Source of the DNA: Gonapodya sp. JEL0774 | Lineage: Eukaryota | Length of the DNA stretch: 64,000 bases | Direction of reading: 5' to 3' | NCBI GenBank assembly: GCA_027604505.1 | Contig: JADIIX010000041.1 | Location: forward strand, 1 to 64,000 | In this document: piece after piece, positions 24,502-38,074 of the stretch | Layout of the letters: each line of letters opens with the position of its first letter | How positions within the stretch are numbered: position 1 is the stretch's first letter | Position numbers and translations under genes: made by a program | The notes under the pieces: generated by a model | Database searches by the model: none | What the model was told of the DNA's origin: nothing | What the model saw: only the letters and a program-made list of their open reading frames with translations

Positions 24502-27500
24502 TCAATCATCCTCTTCCCCGTCAGAAATCACCAAAGCAGAGTCTTCCTCCTCTGCCTCATCGCTTTCAACATCGCTATCTTTTTGATAACGATAATTTAC
24601 CGCCTTCCGCTCCCGACCTGCCCGCACTCCTCCAAGACCAGCTGCAGAGGTGCTTGCCACGATCACCCCGTCCGAGTCCGAGCCCTCATCGCTATCCACT
24701 CTGCGTTTTTTCGTGGGCTTTTGAGCTGTTGCCTTCGTGATGCCCGAAGCTGCGGCGACGCTCTTCAAAGGAGGGGCTTTTGGTAGGGCTTTGGTAGGAG
24801 GCTTCCCCACTGCCGGTTTCTTCCGTTTGTGTGGTGATCCGCCAAAGTCACTTTCCTCAGCTTCGCTGTCAGTCACGTCCCACTCAGATTCCTTTTTTCG
24901 TGGGCTTGAGGAGACTGGTTTCGGCGGAAGCGCCTTTGATATCTTGGGAGGGATCTTCTTGGTGACTGGGGGGCGCGCCGGTTTCGATATCTTCTCCGAG
25001 TCAGAAAGAGATTCCAATTTTACTGCATTTGCACCGTTGGCGAACGAGAATGACTGAGGCTTCCCTGCACCAGTTGCATCCATTCGCTTCTTCAAGCGTG
25101 CTTCGAAGGAGTCTTCGTCGGAACTCGCTTCAGAATCCTGTTGTGAATTACAAATTATTATTGGTTCAAAAACAATAAGTGGTAGGTTCAAATGATAGTT
25201 GAATGGCGGCACTCACGACTTCCATTTTGGTTGCCTTCGGCGGAGCTTTCGAGGTTTGTTTGGCAAACGCAGCGACAATCGATGGCTGTTCCAGTTCCTG
25301 TTTTACGACAGGTTCTTTCTTAACTACAGTCTTAGAAGCAGGTGCTGCTGCGAGCTTCGGTTTAGGCGCATTTTTTTCGACTTGCGGATACAGATCGAAC
25401 ACGTAAGGACGTGAGTTCTGCAAGGTTGTGTCAGCCTCACCTTTCTCTGGCACAAAATCATCTTCATCGTCGTCATCCGAGTCCATGATACCATCACTAC
25501 CGTCATCGCTGTCCGACATTGCCTTCTTCTTGGGAATTTTCTTTGCGGGAGCGGCCTTCCCCTTTCCACCTTTCCCGGAAGGCTTCATGGCGACTGCATT
25601 CTTACGTTCCTTCTCAAATTTGAGCTCGGTTTCCTTTGTTGTATTAGGAATGTAGAAATTAAATTTATGAGTGATTTTCAGAATTGCAATGTCGTACCTC
25701 CCAAAGTTTCATGAACTCCACCAAATCCCGCTCCCAGAGATCTTTGGGGGACATCCTCAGAAGCTCATCAAGCTCCGACTGCTTCCCAGCAAGTTCCTTT
25801 CTGAGTTGTTCAACCTGATGTGATTTTCTTAGATTAGTCCCAAAAGTGGAGCATGTCCCCTTGAAATGCGCACCTTTTCCCAAGTGAGGTTCCAGATTGG
25901 CATAGTCAACAAGTAGTCGTACCCATGGTCACCCTTCACGATAGAATCAGTCGCTCCGTCGCCGTCCTCTTCGACTTCCTCGGGATCTTCGTCGGGAGTT
26001 GCAGGGCTGGGTTTCTTCGCCGTCGCTTTCGGAAACGGAGTGTACTTCCGTTTCCGTAGCTCTTCGAGAAGAACCGCCTTCTTGCGGTTGCTGACCACAA
26101 GTTTGCCCTCAATAATCTCAATGAGAAAACGGACCTTGTTCTCGAGCCGGTCTTGCTCTCGCTCAAGCACGTCACGGAGATGTCCCTAGCATGATTAGAC
26201 GTTATATGAGTCACTCCAATGATAAAAACCTATCAAGACCGACCTTTCTCTTTCCGTAAAAATCTAACCGAAGATCATAGAAGTCATTGATGATTTCCAT
26301 TGGTGATTCGTACTTCTTTATTCGTCCAGAAGCGTCGAAACAGACCATATTGCTGGTTGAAAGGGAGCTGGAGCGGCGGTGAACCTGTAAGTTCAGGCAC
26401 TTGCAGAGAGCAATACAAGTGACAAAACTAACCCGACAAGTTTGAACTTTTTTTCCAGACCTTCCGCCTCCGCCTTTTCCATTTCCTCGGGTGACAAGGT
26501 GACCTCGAAGCGAACATCGACGTCAGTATGATATTCCTTGTAATCCTAAAATGTTTGCAAGATTCGGTCAATTACAAAGCGAAACATCCTTACATCAGTT
26601 ACGAACCTTTATCCAAGCAGGTTGCTTTTCCGATCCTTGAAGCCAGCTCTCCAGTTGCTCTTTGTAGGTCTGCGTCCTGAAAAAGAACCAAATCAGACAC
26701 AATAAAATGATTTTGTAATGGTGTTCCCACCCACCATGTTTTGATAGGCAGTTCGGTTATCTCGACCGTGGTGTCACTGATCTTACGAATAACTCCAGTC
26801 ACCTTCCACTTGTCTTTCTCTTTGCCAACGTCAGAACGCTCAATGGTGCCTCTGTAACCTCGATACCTGTCGGCATAGTTAAGATAAGTGACGGTTTCGC
26901 GTAGAATGTTACATCCGGTGAAACGAACCAAGGACTCATCGGCATCATTTCTTCATCTCTCATACGCCGGCGTATGTTCTCGACGATTTCAGCAGGATTG
27001 TAGTTCGGAATCAAGGTGGACCATCCAGTACCAATACCATCAGACCCATTCACGAGCACCATTGGGATGATGGGCATGTACCACTCGGGTTCTATACTTT
27101 GCCCATCATCTACCAGATAGTTCAAGAGTGCATCATCCGCCGGGTGGAAGATTTTCCGGGTCACTGGGCTAAGTGAAGTGAAGATGTAACGGGTGCTAGC
27201 AGCGTCCTTGCCTCCCTATAATTTGAGTTCGATGGACGTTAGTGGTTCATTAGAATATAACAGAATCTATGAACAACCTGAGCGCGGGTACCGAATTGAC
27301 CAATTGGCTCCATAAGTGAAATGTTGTTGGATCCAACAAAATCTTGGGCAAGACCAACGATTGTACCACCCAGGGAAGCTTCACCATGATGATATGCCGA
27401 GTGTTCGGCGACGTATCTGAAGGAGCGTGGTGACTACGTTGAAAAGCATTCATGGCGAGAGTGCGGATAGTGACTCACCCGACCAACTGAGCGACCTTAA

Positions 27501-30500
27501 TCTCCCCCTTCAAATTCCGTTTGAACGAAGCAAAGATAATCTTACGGTGACCAGGCTTCAATCCATCTACAACTGACGGAATCGATCGTACATTGTCGGC
27601 CACCTCATATATGATGGTCCGAACGGTTATACACCGAATAAACCGCTGATTCAGTGTTGCCAAGTTCACCCACTGAGAACAGAATCAGCTCTTTATTGAT
27701 GAAGTCCGGAAGTCTAATTTCGCGCGCGGAGTGATCAATAAATGTACCAGGCTGCGAAGATCACCAATGAATGTCTGAAGACTGAACAAGAAATATTTAG
27801 TCAGGAATTCTACGTACTTGGAACTGTCGCAGCCAGTCTTTTCGGTCATCAGCTCTTTTCTTTCCAAAAGCCATGTCTATCAGCTCCCGTGATTGAGGAT
27901 CTGCGGGCGAAAAGGGCTTTCGATGTTTCGCCATAGCCGAAAAGTACTCCTTAGCCTCCCTGGTGAGTGGTCCATAGTGAAGCGCGCATGAGTGTAGTAG
28001 GCAGGGCCAAATTAGAAATCGAACCCACTGTGAAGTTGAGGTTCCAAGCCCCTTGTAGTACTTCGCCACCCATCCTTTTCCACCATCGTGCTCCTCTCGC
28101 CAGCTCTCATACTCCGGAAGGGTAAAAAAGCTCACTTGCCGGCGATCCCTGCCTTTACCTTTCGTTACCTGCATGATGGAAAGGTAATGAGGTCAAGAAT
28201 CGAAGCTCATCGCAATAGTATGAGCGTACCTTCACAATAGGTGTGATAAACTCCTGTAGGAAACCAGGGATCTGAAGAAGTGAGGGCCAGAAGTGGTCCA
28301 GCATGTTGATAATGAGCCCCTTTATGTGGGATCCGTCGTGGTCCTTGATGACAACGGCACGAAATTTTGGCATTGTGCATCGTGTAACGAAGTCCTTCGA
28401 GTTCACCCACTTGATCGGTCATCACCATGATCTTGCCATATCGCAACTTCTCTACTGAATCTAGAAGATATTTTTGTCAAGTTCGTGTGTTAAATAAAAC
28501 TGAGCACGAAAGGAACTTTACTCACTGTACTCCATTTTCTGCTGGAGACCGAGGATCTGCTTTAAAGCTTGAATTTCTTGGTTTTCCATGATTTGCTTGA
28601 ATCCGGCCTCACGGACGTTCAAAAGCTTTCCCCGAAGTGGGAACACCCCGAAATTATCTCTTCCAACAACGCTGAGACCAGCCATAGCCAAAGCCTTGGC
28701 AGAATCACCCTCAGTAAGAATCAGAGTGCACTCAGACGCTCGTCTGGTACCAGCGTTGTTGGCGTCTTCGAGCTTAGTAATACCACTGACTCGAGCTTTC
28801 TTTGAACCGTCGGTTTTCTTCAGTTGTTTGTTGGCAGCGAAATCGGCAAAGCTGAGAACGGCGTCAACTACCCCCGACTTGATCACTAAAGAGGAGTCGA
28901 GTGAGGGAGGTCAAGTTATCTTAGCGCATTATCAACACACCCTTTTTGGTGAAGTCCTCAGAGAGTGCACACTTAGATCCAAACGCGGACGCTTTAAGGG
29001 TGAGGTTCTCCTTAGTCTGCGAATCAAATGTCGGGTTCTCCACCAAACTAAACGAGGAAACAGGCAGGTTCAGGGAAGTAATTGCGTTCAGATGGGGACA
29101 GATGTATCTACCAGTTAACGAAGAGCCAGAGTTGCTGCTTGATTTGGTGAGGTTTGATCTGTCCTCCCTTTTTATTCTTCTTGGAAACAGTTTCGGACAC
29201 AACCTTTACCACCTGGTCGGCGACATACGCCACATGTGTGCCCCCTTTGTATGTCGATATGGAATTCACGAAAGAAATTTGTTGAAACTGGCCATCAGAG
29301 AGCGCAAAGCCAATCTCCCAGCGGTCAGAGACACGCTCATATACAATCTTGTTATCGTTGCCACTGGAGCGGTTCCGAAGATACAATTCGCAATAAGATT
29401 TGAAGTCCTTGCATCTGATGGATTGACCATTGAGCTGGACCTGTGAGAAGGTGGGCTTGATAAATAGGTAGTGATGGATGTGAAAATTGTTTCCGAACCG
29501 ACCTTGACATTTCTGACGGTCGCACACATGTCCAGCACACGCTTCTGCAGCAGAGACATGAGATCATCGTCGATGCCCACCATACCAAACTTCGCGAAAT
29601 CGGGTTTGAACGTGATCTTCGTTCCTTCCATAGATGATTGCGAGCCGATGACAGGCTCGCTCTTGTCTGACATATTGTTTCGGAAAACCTGCAGGGAAGA
29701 AGATACATAGACTAAGACCCATGTCCGACGCAACAATGAAATGGAGTGTCACCTGCTTGAACTTTTTGCCTTTGCTCTTGTCCCACGTCTCCACAACGAA
29801 CTCCTTAGAGAATATGTTACATAGTTTCGCACCAAAGCCGTTACGTCCTGAGTGGTCGAGCCGCTACTTAAGTGGGGTGCACAATGCTGAGTACTGGAGG
29901 GCTCGTCACAAACCTCCCACTACTTTCTTCTCCGAATCATCGTAGTTAGACGAAGTAAGCAAGTGTCCGAAAATGAGTTCGGGAACATAAACTCCTTCGA
30001 CGGGATGCATTTCAATCGGAATTCCCCTTCCGTTGTTAAATATAGAAATAGAGTTCGATGAGCGATCGATGTCGACTTTGAGGGCTGTCATTTTGGGATC
30101 CCGGATCTACACATAAGTAAAACGGAAGTGAGAATGAGCGGAGCAAGAGCAATATCCAGTAGGAACTTCACCTTGTTGTCGGCGGCGTCTGCCCGACGAG
30201 AAGCAGTTGTATTGTCAACCAGTCGTCCATATACTCTGTCCAGCAACTCTTTCCACAAACTCACTGACGAGGATTTCATCAAATATCTTATAAAGTCCAG
30301 GAACGTAGGTAATTTGCTTGTAGACCATTCGGAAAGGGTCGTCCTCATCCCCCGTTTCTTCGGCGACCCACATTGGTGCGGTATGATGTTCGACGGACCC
30401 GATGTAGGTATCAGGTCGAAGAAGAATGTGCTCCAGTTGCGTTTTCTTTTGATAGACCTAATGTGAATAGGTTAGATTCTGCGGACGGGTGGTTACGATG

Positions 30501-30907
30501 GATTCACCAGTACCAACCTCCTCGACTGGGCGGTCAGTCTTTTTCCCAGTTCCCTTTCGAGAAGAAGACTGAGGACGTTCCGGCTCACTGGCATCACTTC
30601 CGTAGTCATCTGATTGCACGGGTTTCTTCTTGGGTGCAGCCTTCTTCACAGCCGCCGGCTTGCTGGATTTGGGAGGAACATTCTCCGCATTGGATTTGAC
30701 CAAAGGAGCTTTCTTAATTGTTGGCGCTGCCTTAGCCTTTGGTTTTGCGACGGCCTGGAGAGATTCGCAGAACATCGGCGGGGTGGTCAGTCTGGCGGCA
30801 AGATAGAGATGCACGGAAACCTTGGTCCAAACCTTGAGACGAGGAGCGTAGTCCTCCGATCCACTTTCAGACATGCCGGAAAAGGCGTCGCTCTCTTCGT
30901 CGCTCAT
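24502..30907 (-). CDS. TOP2: DNA topoisomerase II
   Basis: [96 protein letters not shown], acidic/basic C-terminal tail. Confidence 0.98.
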
Positions 30908-31329
30908 GCTGAAAGAAGTCAAACGGATTGCGATCGCGGACTGGTGCTTTGGTCTCTGTGCACCGGCCAGCATGACCGGTATACGTCGTAATACCCATAT
31001 GGTACAATAACTGCACCTCAAAGGGGAAGAGAAACAACAATAGTATTTTCTCTCAAGCGCGATTCGACCTGTTTTGTTGCATACTCAAAGCTGTCCGTCG
31101 ATGTGCTTGGGGTTGTGTTCGCGCTGTGGCCCCCGATCATCAGAAACGGGACACATCAAGAATGTAGAGAATGACCATCTTCTCTCTGAGAACAGTATTT
31201 CTGCATTTCTTTGCACTAGCGCAACATTCATTTGCGCAGTCGAGCAGCCCAGTCTCCGCTCCGCGCGTCGTCGGGCTCGGATGGGGTTTGGTGAGCAGCG
31301 GCGTTGTGTTCATTGACTGAGAACACAGT

Positions 31330-31802
31330 CACGTTCTTCATCCCACGTGCATTCGCCTGATACATTTTCTTCGTGTGATCCACTTGCATGGTTGCATGCT
31401 CGCCGAATCCAGTTTGTGCTTCTCGTTTTCGGGGTCATCGCTCTCCTGGCAACTGTGCTTTCGTGGCAATCAGATAATGGAAGCACTGTCAGCTTTGCAG
31501 CGACAACAATATACGGAATCTTAGTGGTGATACTTGTTTGCATACCCCGTGATTCTGAGACTCACTCCCAACCTGATGTGGTGAGTGTTTCAGGCAGAGA
31601 AGCCCGAGAAGTCTGTGGTACCCTCGCCCCAACCACTGTTTCTGCGGCACTTTTTAAGTCCCCCATTCTCTTTCTATCAAGGTTGATTATACCTTATATC
31701 CCCGTATTTGGTGGGCTGTTCTCATGGCCGTCGGTTCCGTTGTTAGTGTGGCCAGCCTCTTCGTGTTCTGGGTATCGGAGCCAGTCCTTGCTATTCCAAT
31801 AA
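31330..31802 (+). CDS. Possible small membrane protein (hypothetical)
   Basis: ORF with hydrophobic stretches IQFVLLVFGVIALLATVLSW and TIYGILVVILVCIP; no confident homology and start unresolved. Confidence 0.3.
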
Positions 31803-32097
31803 CAAAGAGCTAACAAAGCAAAAAATAACGATTGTATGGGCCCAATATCTCTCAAATTGCGCCATCTTACATGAACGTAGCCAGCGCCGCGATACCTCTT
31901 TACTTGCCTTTGTGCGAAATCATCTCAATTTGTTGTCGGTTTGAAAGGTATGAGGGCACAATTTAAATGAAGAGGACAAATTGATACAGGTATCAAGGGA
32001 AGAACACAATACTTTCATTTCAACCAAGTTCCATAGGAAAGCCAATCTCAAAACAAGATAAAATGTACGTAGGCCATCTCATCTCCATCCCTATTCA

Positions 32098-35000
32098 TCA
32101 GGCCAGCCCATGCTTGGCTAGGGATGCCCTCTGCTCCACCGTCAGCGACGACCACAACTCCGACACCACATCGGGGGCGCAAACTCCCAACACCATCTTC
32201 ATCATGGTCGCCATTCGGTTGGCTACCTCCTCAGGGAGAATTTCAGAAGCGAGTGCCGCGGAAAAGACATGGAGGAGTTTGGGAACGTCGGACACGCCGG
32301 GGTGGTGGGCATCCACCAGGTCCATGAGGAAGGTGTAGACAAGGGGGGCCTCTGAATCCTCCTCAACCAAAGGAAGAATGGCAAGCCATTGAGGAATAAC
32401 CTGGCGGAATGTTCGGGGATGGCAAACAGATCGGATAGTGGGATAAATGCGGATATATGAAGGACCCTCCAAATCACCACTCACTTGGTTTAAGTCGAAC
32501 TGGGAGTAGTTAAACTTGCAAATCTTCGCAATGGCAGCGATAGCGTTCTCAGTCGCCAAGAGGTTCTCTTCACTTCGCGACTTCTTGGCGTTCACCATGG
32601 TGAAGAGTGGTGCCAGGGCACCTGAGTTAACCAAGATCGAATATCGGTCAATACATCTCGAGCTGGTACTCTAGGTAGAAATGGGGAGTAAAGTTTTGCT
32701 TACCAGCACACATTTCAGCGTATGCCGGACCCCCGAATTCGGCAGCAACGCCAATACCGTAAGAAGCCGCTTGACGCACTTCAGCGTCGTCGTCAGTCAA
32801 GCCTTTGGCAAACGAGGGAAGGACGAGATCCTTGTATTTCCACGACTCTGGCCCGGTAAATTGGACCATGTCGTCGTAGGTGCAAAGAGCCCACTGGCGG
32901 TTCGCGCTGTCGGAGGAACGCTACAACATGATGGGTCGGTCACTGATACAAACATTTCTTCCCATCCTTGCGACTACTCACATCGAATTTGGAGATGATA
33001 GGAACAAGGTGGTCGAAGTAAGGTAGGAATTCCGTGCCATGGAGTTTGAAAATGAGGTGTAGAGTTCGAGAGAGCTGGGTACAGACGAAGAATAGTTACT
33101 ACCAAAGAGGGTACATTCTTCGGGGATGGGGACGATAATCACGTCACTCAGGAGATCGGATTCTTCTTCCTCCTCGCCTTGAAGAGCCTCTTCTTGTTCG
33201 TCGTCGTGGTCACCGTCTTCACGTTGTGCTAGGTGGAGAGCGAAAAACACAAAGAAACCAGTCAGATTCGCCAAGACAATCGCCACAAGAGACATCTCAA
33301 TCCGCAGAATCGATAATGGGATCAGGTAAAGTGTTGTGAATATGCTCCTCAAAGGCGGAGATCATGTGTATGTCTCGCCTCGGCATTGCAGAATTTTCTT
33401 TCGTCATATCCAGTAGTAGCACCGCGTCATCGCGTTAACCCGATGGCTACTCACAGTCTCGGTTTTTGGAACGCTCAAAGAACTCCTCGAGCTTTTTGCC
33501 GGTCGCCACCGTGAAATCCTCCATAATCTTGGGAGACAAGCACTTCGTTCCGAGTGAACTCATGCAATCGTGGAAGGACGAGTACAGGGTCGCGATGAAG
33601 GAGGGGTCGGGGTCTGAATTGATCGAGTCAATCAGTTTGGACGAGATGCGCTCCCACATGTCAGCGAGGTGGTTGGAAGCTGATCACCACAACATCAAAT
33701 GTGAACAACACGATGAGCTTCAATGAGGAAACAACTTGGTCAACACACAACTGGTACCCACAGTAGTTCGCGTCTTTCACAACTTCCAAAAGGTGAGGAA
33801 GGAGGACCGCCGCCGTGTGTCGGATATCCTCGTGGAAATAAAACTTGAGGAGCGGAAGTCCGAGCTCCAAGGCCGGTTCCACATAGTTGTGGAAGCGTCC
33901 TTTCAAGTCCCTGGCGTAGCACACCAGCATCTCCACCGCGGTCGACTTCTCCTCCAAGACCGACGTCCGGACACCAATGTTCTGGTTCTGCACCCTGACA
34001 AACTCCCACCCATCGTCTTCCGAAAAGTGATCGGAAGGATCCTCGTCAGCGTCTAAAACCGTGAAGTCGGGTTTGAGAGACGCCGACTTCAAGAGCGGGG
34101 GCATGACGGTGGTGAGGTAGGGGACAAAATCGTCCCCCATGACACAGCACACCCGCGCCCAGGTGGTGATGAGATAATGGGTTTGAGGATCGTCACTGTC
34201 CGTAATGGAAGCTAAAAATGTGGGTGGGGAAACGAACAAAAAAATGTCCAAGAGGTCTGCAACAAGCCATCTTCAACCAATCACGGCTACCATCATCTCA
34301 CTCTGAGTGTCCAAAAGGAGTTGGCAAAACTCGGCCGCGTGCGCGTGGAAAATCTCTTTGCCGACCGCCAAAGCGATCAAAGAGGCGCACTCCATGGCCT
34401 TGCCTCGGAAAAGTCGGTACTCTTTGCCCACACCTTGTCGCAGCGCAGTCAAAAGAAGAGGCATGATTTGTCCGTAGAACTAGATACCCAAGCAAGTGCG
34501 AAAAAAAAATTGGGAATTTCGATGAAAAATGCAAATGCCTTGATTCTCCCAAAACTCCCGCATACAAGTCTCCCCAACTCACCTTTGTAAACTGCTTATC
34601 CGCACTATCCGCCACCGTCGCCAAGGTCGTCAAGGCCTGCTCCTGAACGTACTTGTGCGGGGACCTCAACAACCCCATCAACCTCAGCACCACGTCGTCC
34701 AAATACGGCGCCACGTCGTCCTCGGTGGCCTCTTCGGCAAAGTTGACCAGGGCCGCCGCGGCGTGTGCCTGCACTCGCGGGTTCGCCGCGTCGTCCATGA
34801 CGGGGATCAGTTGGGGCAGGATGACCGCGTGGTACTTGGACTGCAGGTCGGGCGCAAAGTCGCTGCACATTTGACCGATGGATTGGCAGGCCGCGTACCG
34901 GACACGCGGGTGGGGGTCCCGGAGGTGGGGGAGGAGCAATCTGAAGCACGATAGAGCCAAGGCATTCGAATGGGCACATGTAAGCGTCCGACCACCACTC

Positions 35001-37594
35001 ACTGCCCTGCCCAAACCACCAAACCACAAAACCACAAAACCCACACCGCACAACCCACCGGAGAATATTATGCATCTCGAGCATCATGACCTTCTTCGAC
35101 CCGTCCCCGATCGACGACACGGCCATGAGTCCCGCGTACCGTTTCTGCCACTTGGCGTCGCTCAGCATTGCGGGAATGGCCGCAAAGGTCACGGGGAGGA
35201 TCGACTTGCCGCCAAGAGCGCGCGACAGACGGTCCAGGTACTCTTCGGCGGCGTCAGAGGCGGGGTCGTCGCTGATGAAGTTCTGGGCGGGAGAATCGGG
35301 TGGTGGTGGTGTGTGTGTGCGTGGGGTTGAGGAGGGGCGGGGGTAAGGGGAACGCACCGCAGGAAACGTACGTCGAGCACGTGGGTTCGACAATCACGCG
35401 GCACCACCCACCCACCCCCGACAATCACCACTCACATCGTCCCCGGTATACCACTCCTCGTTCTCCTCCAACTCCTCCAACCACGCCAACAACACCGGCG
35501 CGACGCCCGCCACAAACGCCGGCACCTTTCTCACCATGGCCGGTTCCTCCTCTGCCACCGATGTCAACAACTCCATTGCCATCCTCTTGGTCTCGATCCC
35601 CAGATTCTCGTCCGCACACAGGCGGACGCAAAAGTCGACCAGGGTGGGGAACACGGGCCGGAGGCCCTTGAAGTGGGAGGAGAGCTCGAGGAGGTACTGG
35701 AAGGCCATGCCCAGCGTGTCTTCGTCAGAGGTGGTGGCGAGGTACGCCAGCGTGTCGAGCATGCGGGTGATGAGCGGGGTGCCGCGTTTGCGCACGGAGT
35801 CTGTGGTGTGGGTGTAGAATTCAACGGCGGTGCGGAGGGCGGCGAGGCGGACCTGGGGTGTGTGTGTGCGGGGGGAAAGAGTCAGGTGAGAAACCATGCC
35901 AGCGCACTCCCCGTCCATTCCATTCCACTGACCCACTGCACCCCCTCCCCCCCACCCAACCCACCTCCTTCTCCCCATCAACAAGTCCCGCCTCAATCAT
36001 TCCCTGCACCGTCGCTGGGTCCTCCGTCTCCATGAGCTCGGGACACGATCCAAACACCTTGAACCCCGACTCGCGGTGGGAGGCAAGAGAGGATTTGGTG
36101 GCGGAGACGAGAACGGATTGGAGTTCGGGCCAGGCGCCTTAAGGAGGGGGAAGGGGGAAGGGAGGAGGGCGAAGAGGGAAGGTGAGGTGAGTCAGAATGA
36201 GGGACCACGAAAGCACAGAGAGTGTCCACACGGCAAGACACCACCCGCTGTCCACTTCAGCGATGCGACCGTAAAGGGCAATAATAAATAATAATAATAA
36301 TAAAATGTGGGGTCCGAAAATAGTGCGATACAACCAGGTCTACGACCCCACCCTTTGCAGGAAGAGGACCGCTGGCCCCGCGTGGAGTGGACCACCTTCA
36401 GTATTAATCTTGCTAGAGCGACCAGGCCGAGCACGAGATAACCATGTGGGACGAGCCGACCACCCCAGAAAAAAAGGAAGACCACCTTTTTTTTTGGTTC
36501 GGTGGAGGCGGGCCGTCGAGGTTACGGCGGCAGAAGGGCGCTCAGCGAGGAAGCGAGGGGGCTCGACAGAGGGGAGGGGGACGGACGGACGGAGGTGGAT
36601 GGGTCCGGCGCGATCCGTGCGGGTGCAGGATCGCACACGACGCCCGTTTCGACGGCCAGTCCGCACAAAAAGGAAACCGAACCCGAAACCAAACCACAAC
36701 ACCACACTCCAAAAAACCCAAAACAAACACCCGAATTTCTCATCCGGCCGATCCACCACTGCCAACACCAACCCCCCCACCCCGCCCCCCACCTTGCATC
36801 ATCTACCCACCTCCCTTCTCCAACATGTACCTCGCCAAATCCGCGACGGCATCGTTCACCTTTCGTCTGACGCCCGGGTCCTGCTCGCCGGCAAGAGAAT
36901 CCAGCAACTGTCGTTCCGAGTATGCGCGTGCATCGTCGCCAATGGCCATCCACTGGGAGATTTCGTCGGACTCCGAAGAGGTGGAGGAGGTGGTGGTGAC
37001 GGCAACATAGGAGGCGCGCTTGAGGGCCACGCGGCGGAGGAGGATGCAGGCGAGGGAGCGGAACTGGGGGGAGAGGGGAGGTGGGGAAAGCGGGAGAGAA
37101 AAAGGGGTAGGAGGTGGGGGGACGAATGAATGGGAGGGAGCACAGCGGGAACAGTCCGATGACGATGAAGGGGGAAAAGGAATACGGCTCGAATGCAGGG
37201 ATCTGGCGAACAGACTTGCTGGCGTCCCGAAGAAGAAAACAATCAAAGACCAGCACTGTGCGCCACAAGAGTGGGACACTCTGGGGAGTTGATCCGGCCG
37301 AATCCGAGCATGCGACGACCAGATTCTCGGTCGATCGGAAAAAAAGGAAAAAGGAGCAGATTTGTGCTAAGAGGGTGATGAAACACGTACAGTTGGGTCC
37401 GAGTGGGTCCTGGTGAGATTTGCGAGACCAGCAATGAGCAAAGGTGCCTGACTAGCGTCCTGGAGAGCCTGGTTGAACTCGTTCTCTGCAGGAGTGCGGG
37501 TGATTGAGTCGGATGAAGAAATTCTGACGAGAAGGGCGGCAAGTTGAGCGAGGACGTCTGGGGAGAGCGCGGTCAGGCTGAAAGAGTGGGCCAT
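32098..37594 (-). CDS. PSE1: Importin-5 / karyopherin beta-3
   Basis: HEAT-repeat motifs: [105 protein letters not shown]. Confidence 0.96.
33318..33412 (-). ncRNA. Intronic box C/D snoRNA, SNORD96-like (5.8S rRNA Gm guide)
   Basis: Minus strand: C box ATGACGA (33401-33407), guide AATTCTGCAAT (33385-33395) complementary to 5.8S AUUGCAGAAUU, D' CCGA, internal stem ggcgaga/tctccgcc, C' TTGAGGA, D CTGA (33322-33325), terminal gga/tcc pairs. Confidence 0.75.
36303..36467 (-). ncRNA. Intronic box H/ACA snoRNA, snR83/SNORA4-like (SSU rRNA pseudouridine guide)
   Basis: Two hairpins, H box AGATTA (36405-36410), ACA (36306-36308). The 3' hairpin pocket CACTCCAC / ACTA pairs with SSU UAGU-UG-GUGGAGUG, 16 nt from the ACA box. 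Confidence 0.78.
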
Positions 37595-37866
37595 TGGAAG
37601 GGGAATTCGCGTGGGTGGTGGGAAGGGCGGATGACGTGGGAAGGGGACGGGGGAAGCGGGGGAAAGACAGATGGGGATGGGTGGAGGGGGGGAAGTGGGC
37701 GGATCACGGGGAGTCACGCGACAATTGAAAGAGAAAACCTGTCATATGTGGGGGATCTATGGACTGTGCATCGGCCACAGCACATATCCTGTGGTGCACG
37801 GGTCCAGTCCAGAAATCATCCAGACGCTTTCCCATTTCTCATTTGGAGAATTTATTTTATTTGATT

Positions 37867-37917
37867 TGATTGGAGACGATTTGATTGGAGAATCGAATAA
37901 ATTATGAAATTGATTGG
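37867..37917. promoter_or_regulatory. Three inverted CCAAT boxes in the divergent PSE1/RXT2 promoter
   Basis: TGATTGG at 37867, 37882 and 37911 within a locally AT-rich patch between divergent start codons. Confidence 0.55.
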
Positions 37918-38074
37918 ATAGCGTGATGGTCGGGTTCATCTGAGTTGTCCTTCTCGTGACTCGACTGTGGTCACAGGCGGCTTTGGTCCCCTCCCTCCCA
38001 TCATCACTAGGGACGCACCACCGACACATCACCCCACACACAGACCAGACAAGCGGGGGGACATCAACACAAGC

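Noticed and set aside
36140..36810. Telomerase RNA or snR30/U17 as the identity of the long structured intron
   Set aside because: No telomeric template such as CTAACCCTAA and no snR30 m1/m2 motifs on the sense strand; a standard pseudouridine guide explains the H/ACA part.
37064..37390. Long first PSE1 intron with several stems as another snoRNA
   Set aside because: No convincing C/D or H/ACA box arrangement or rRNA guide found.
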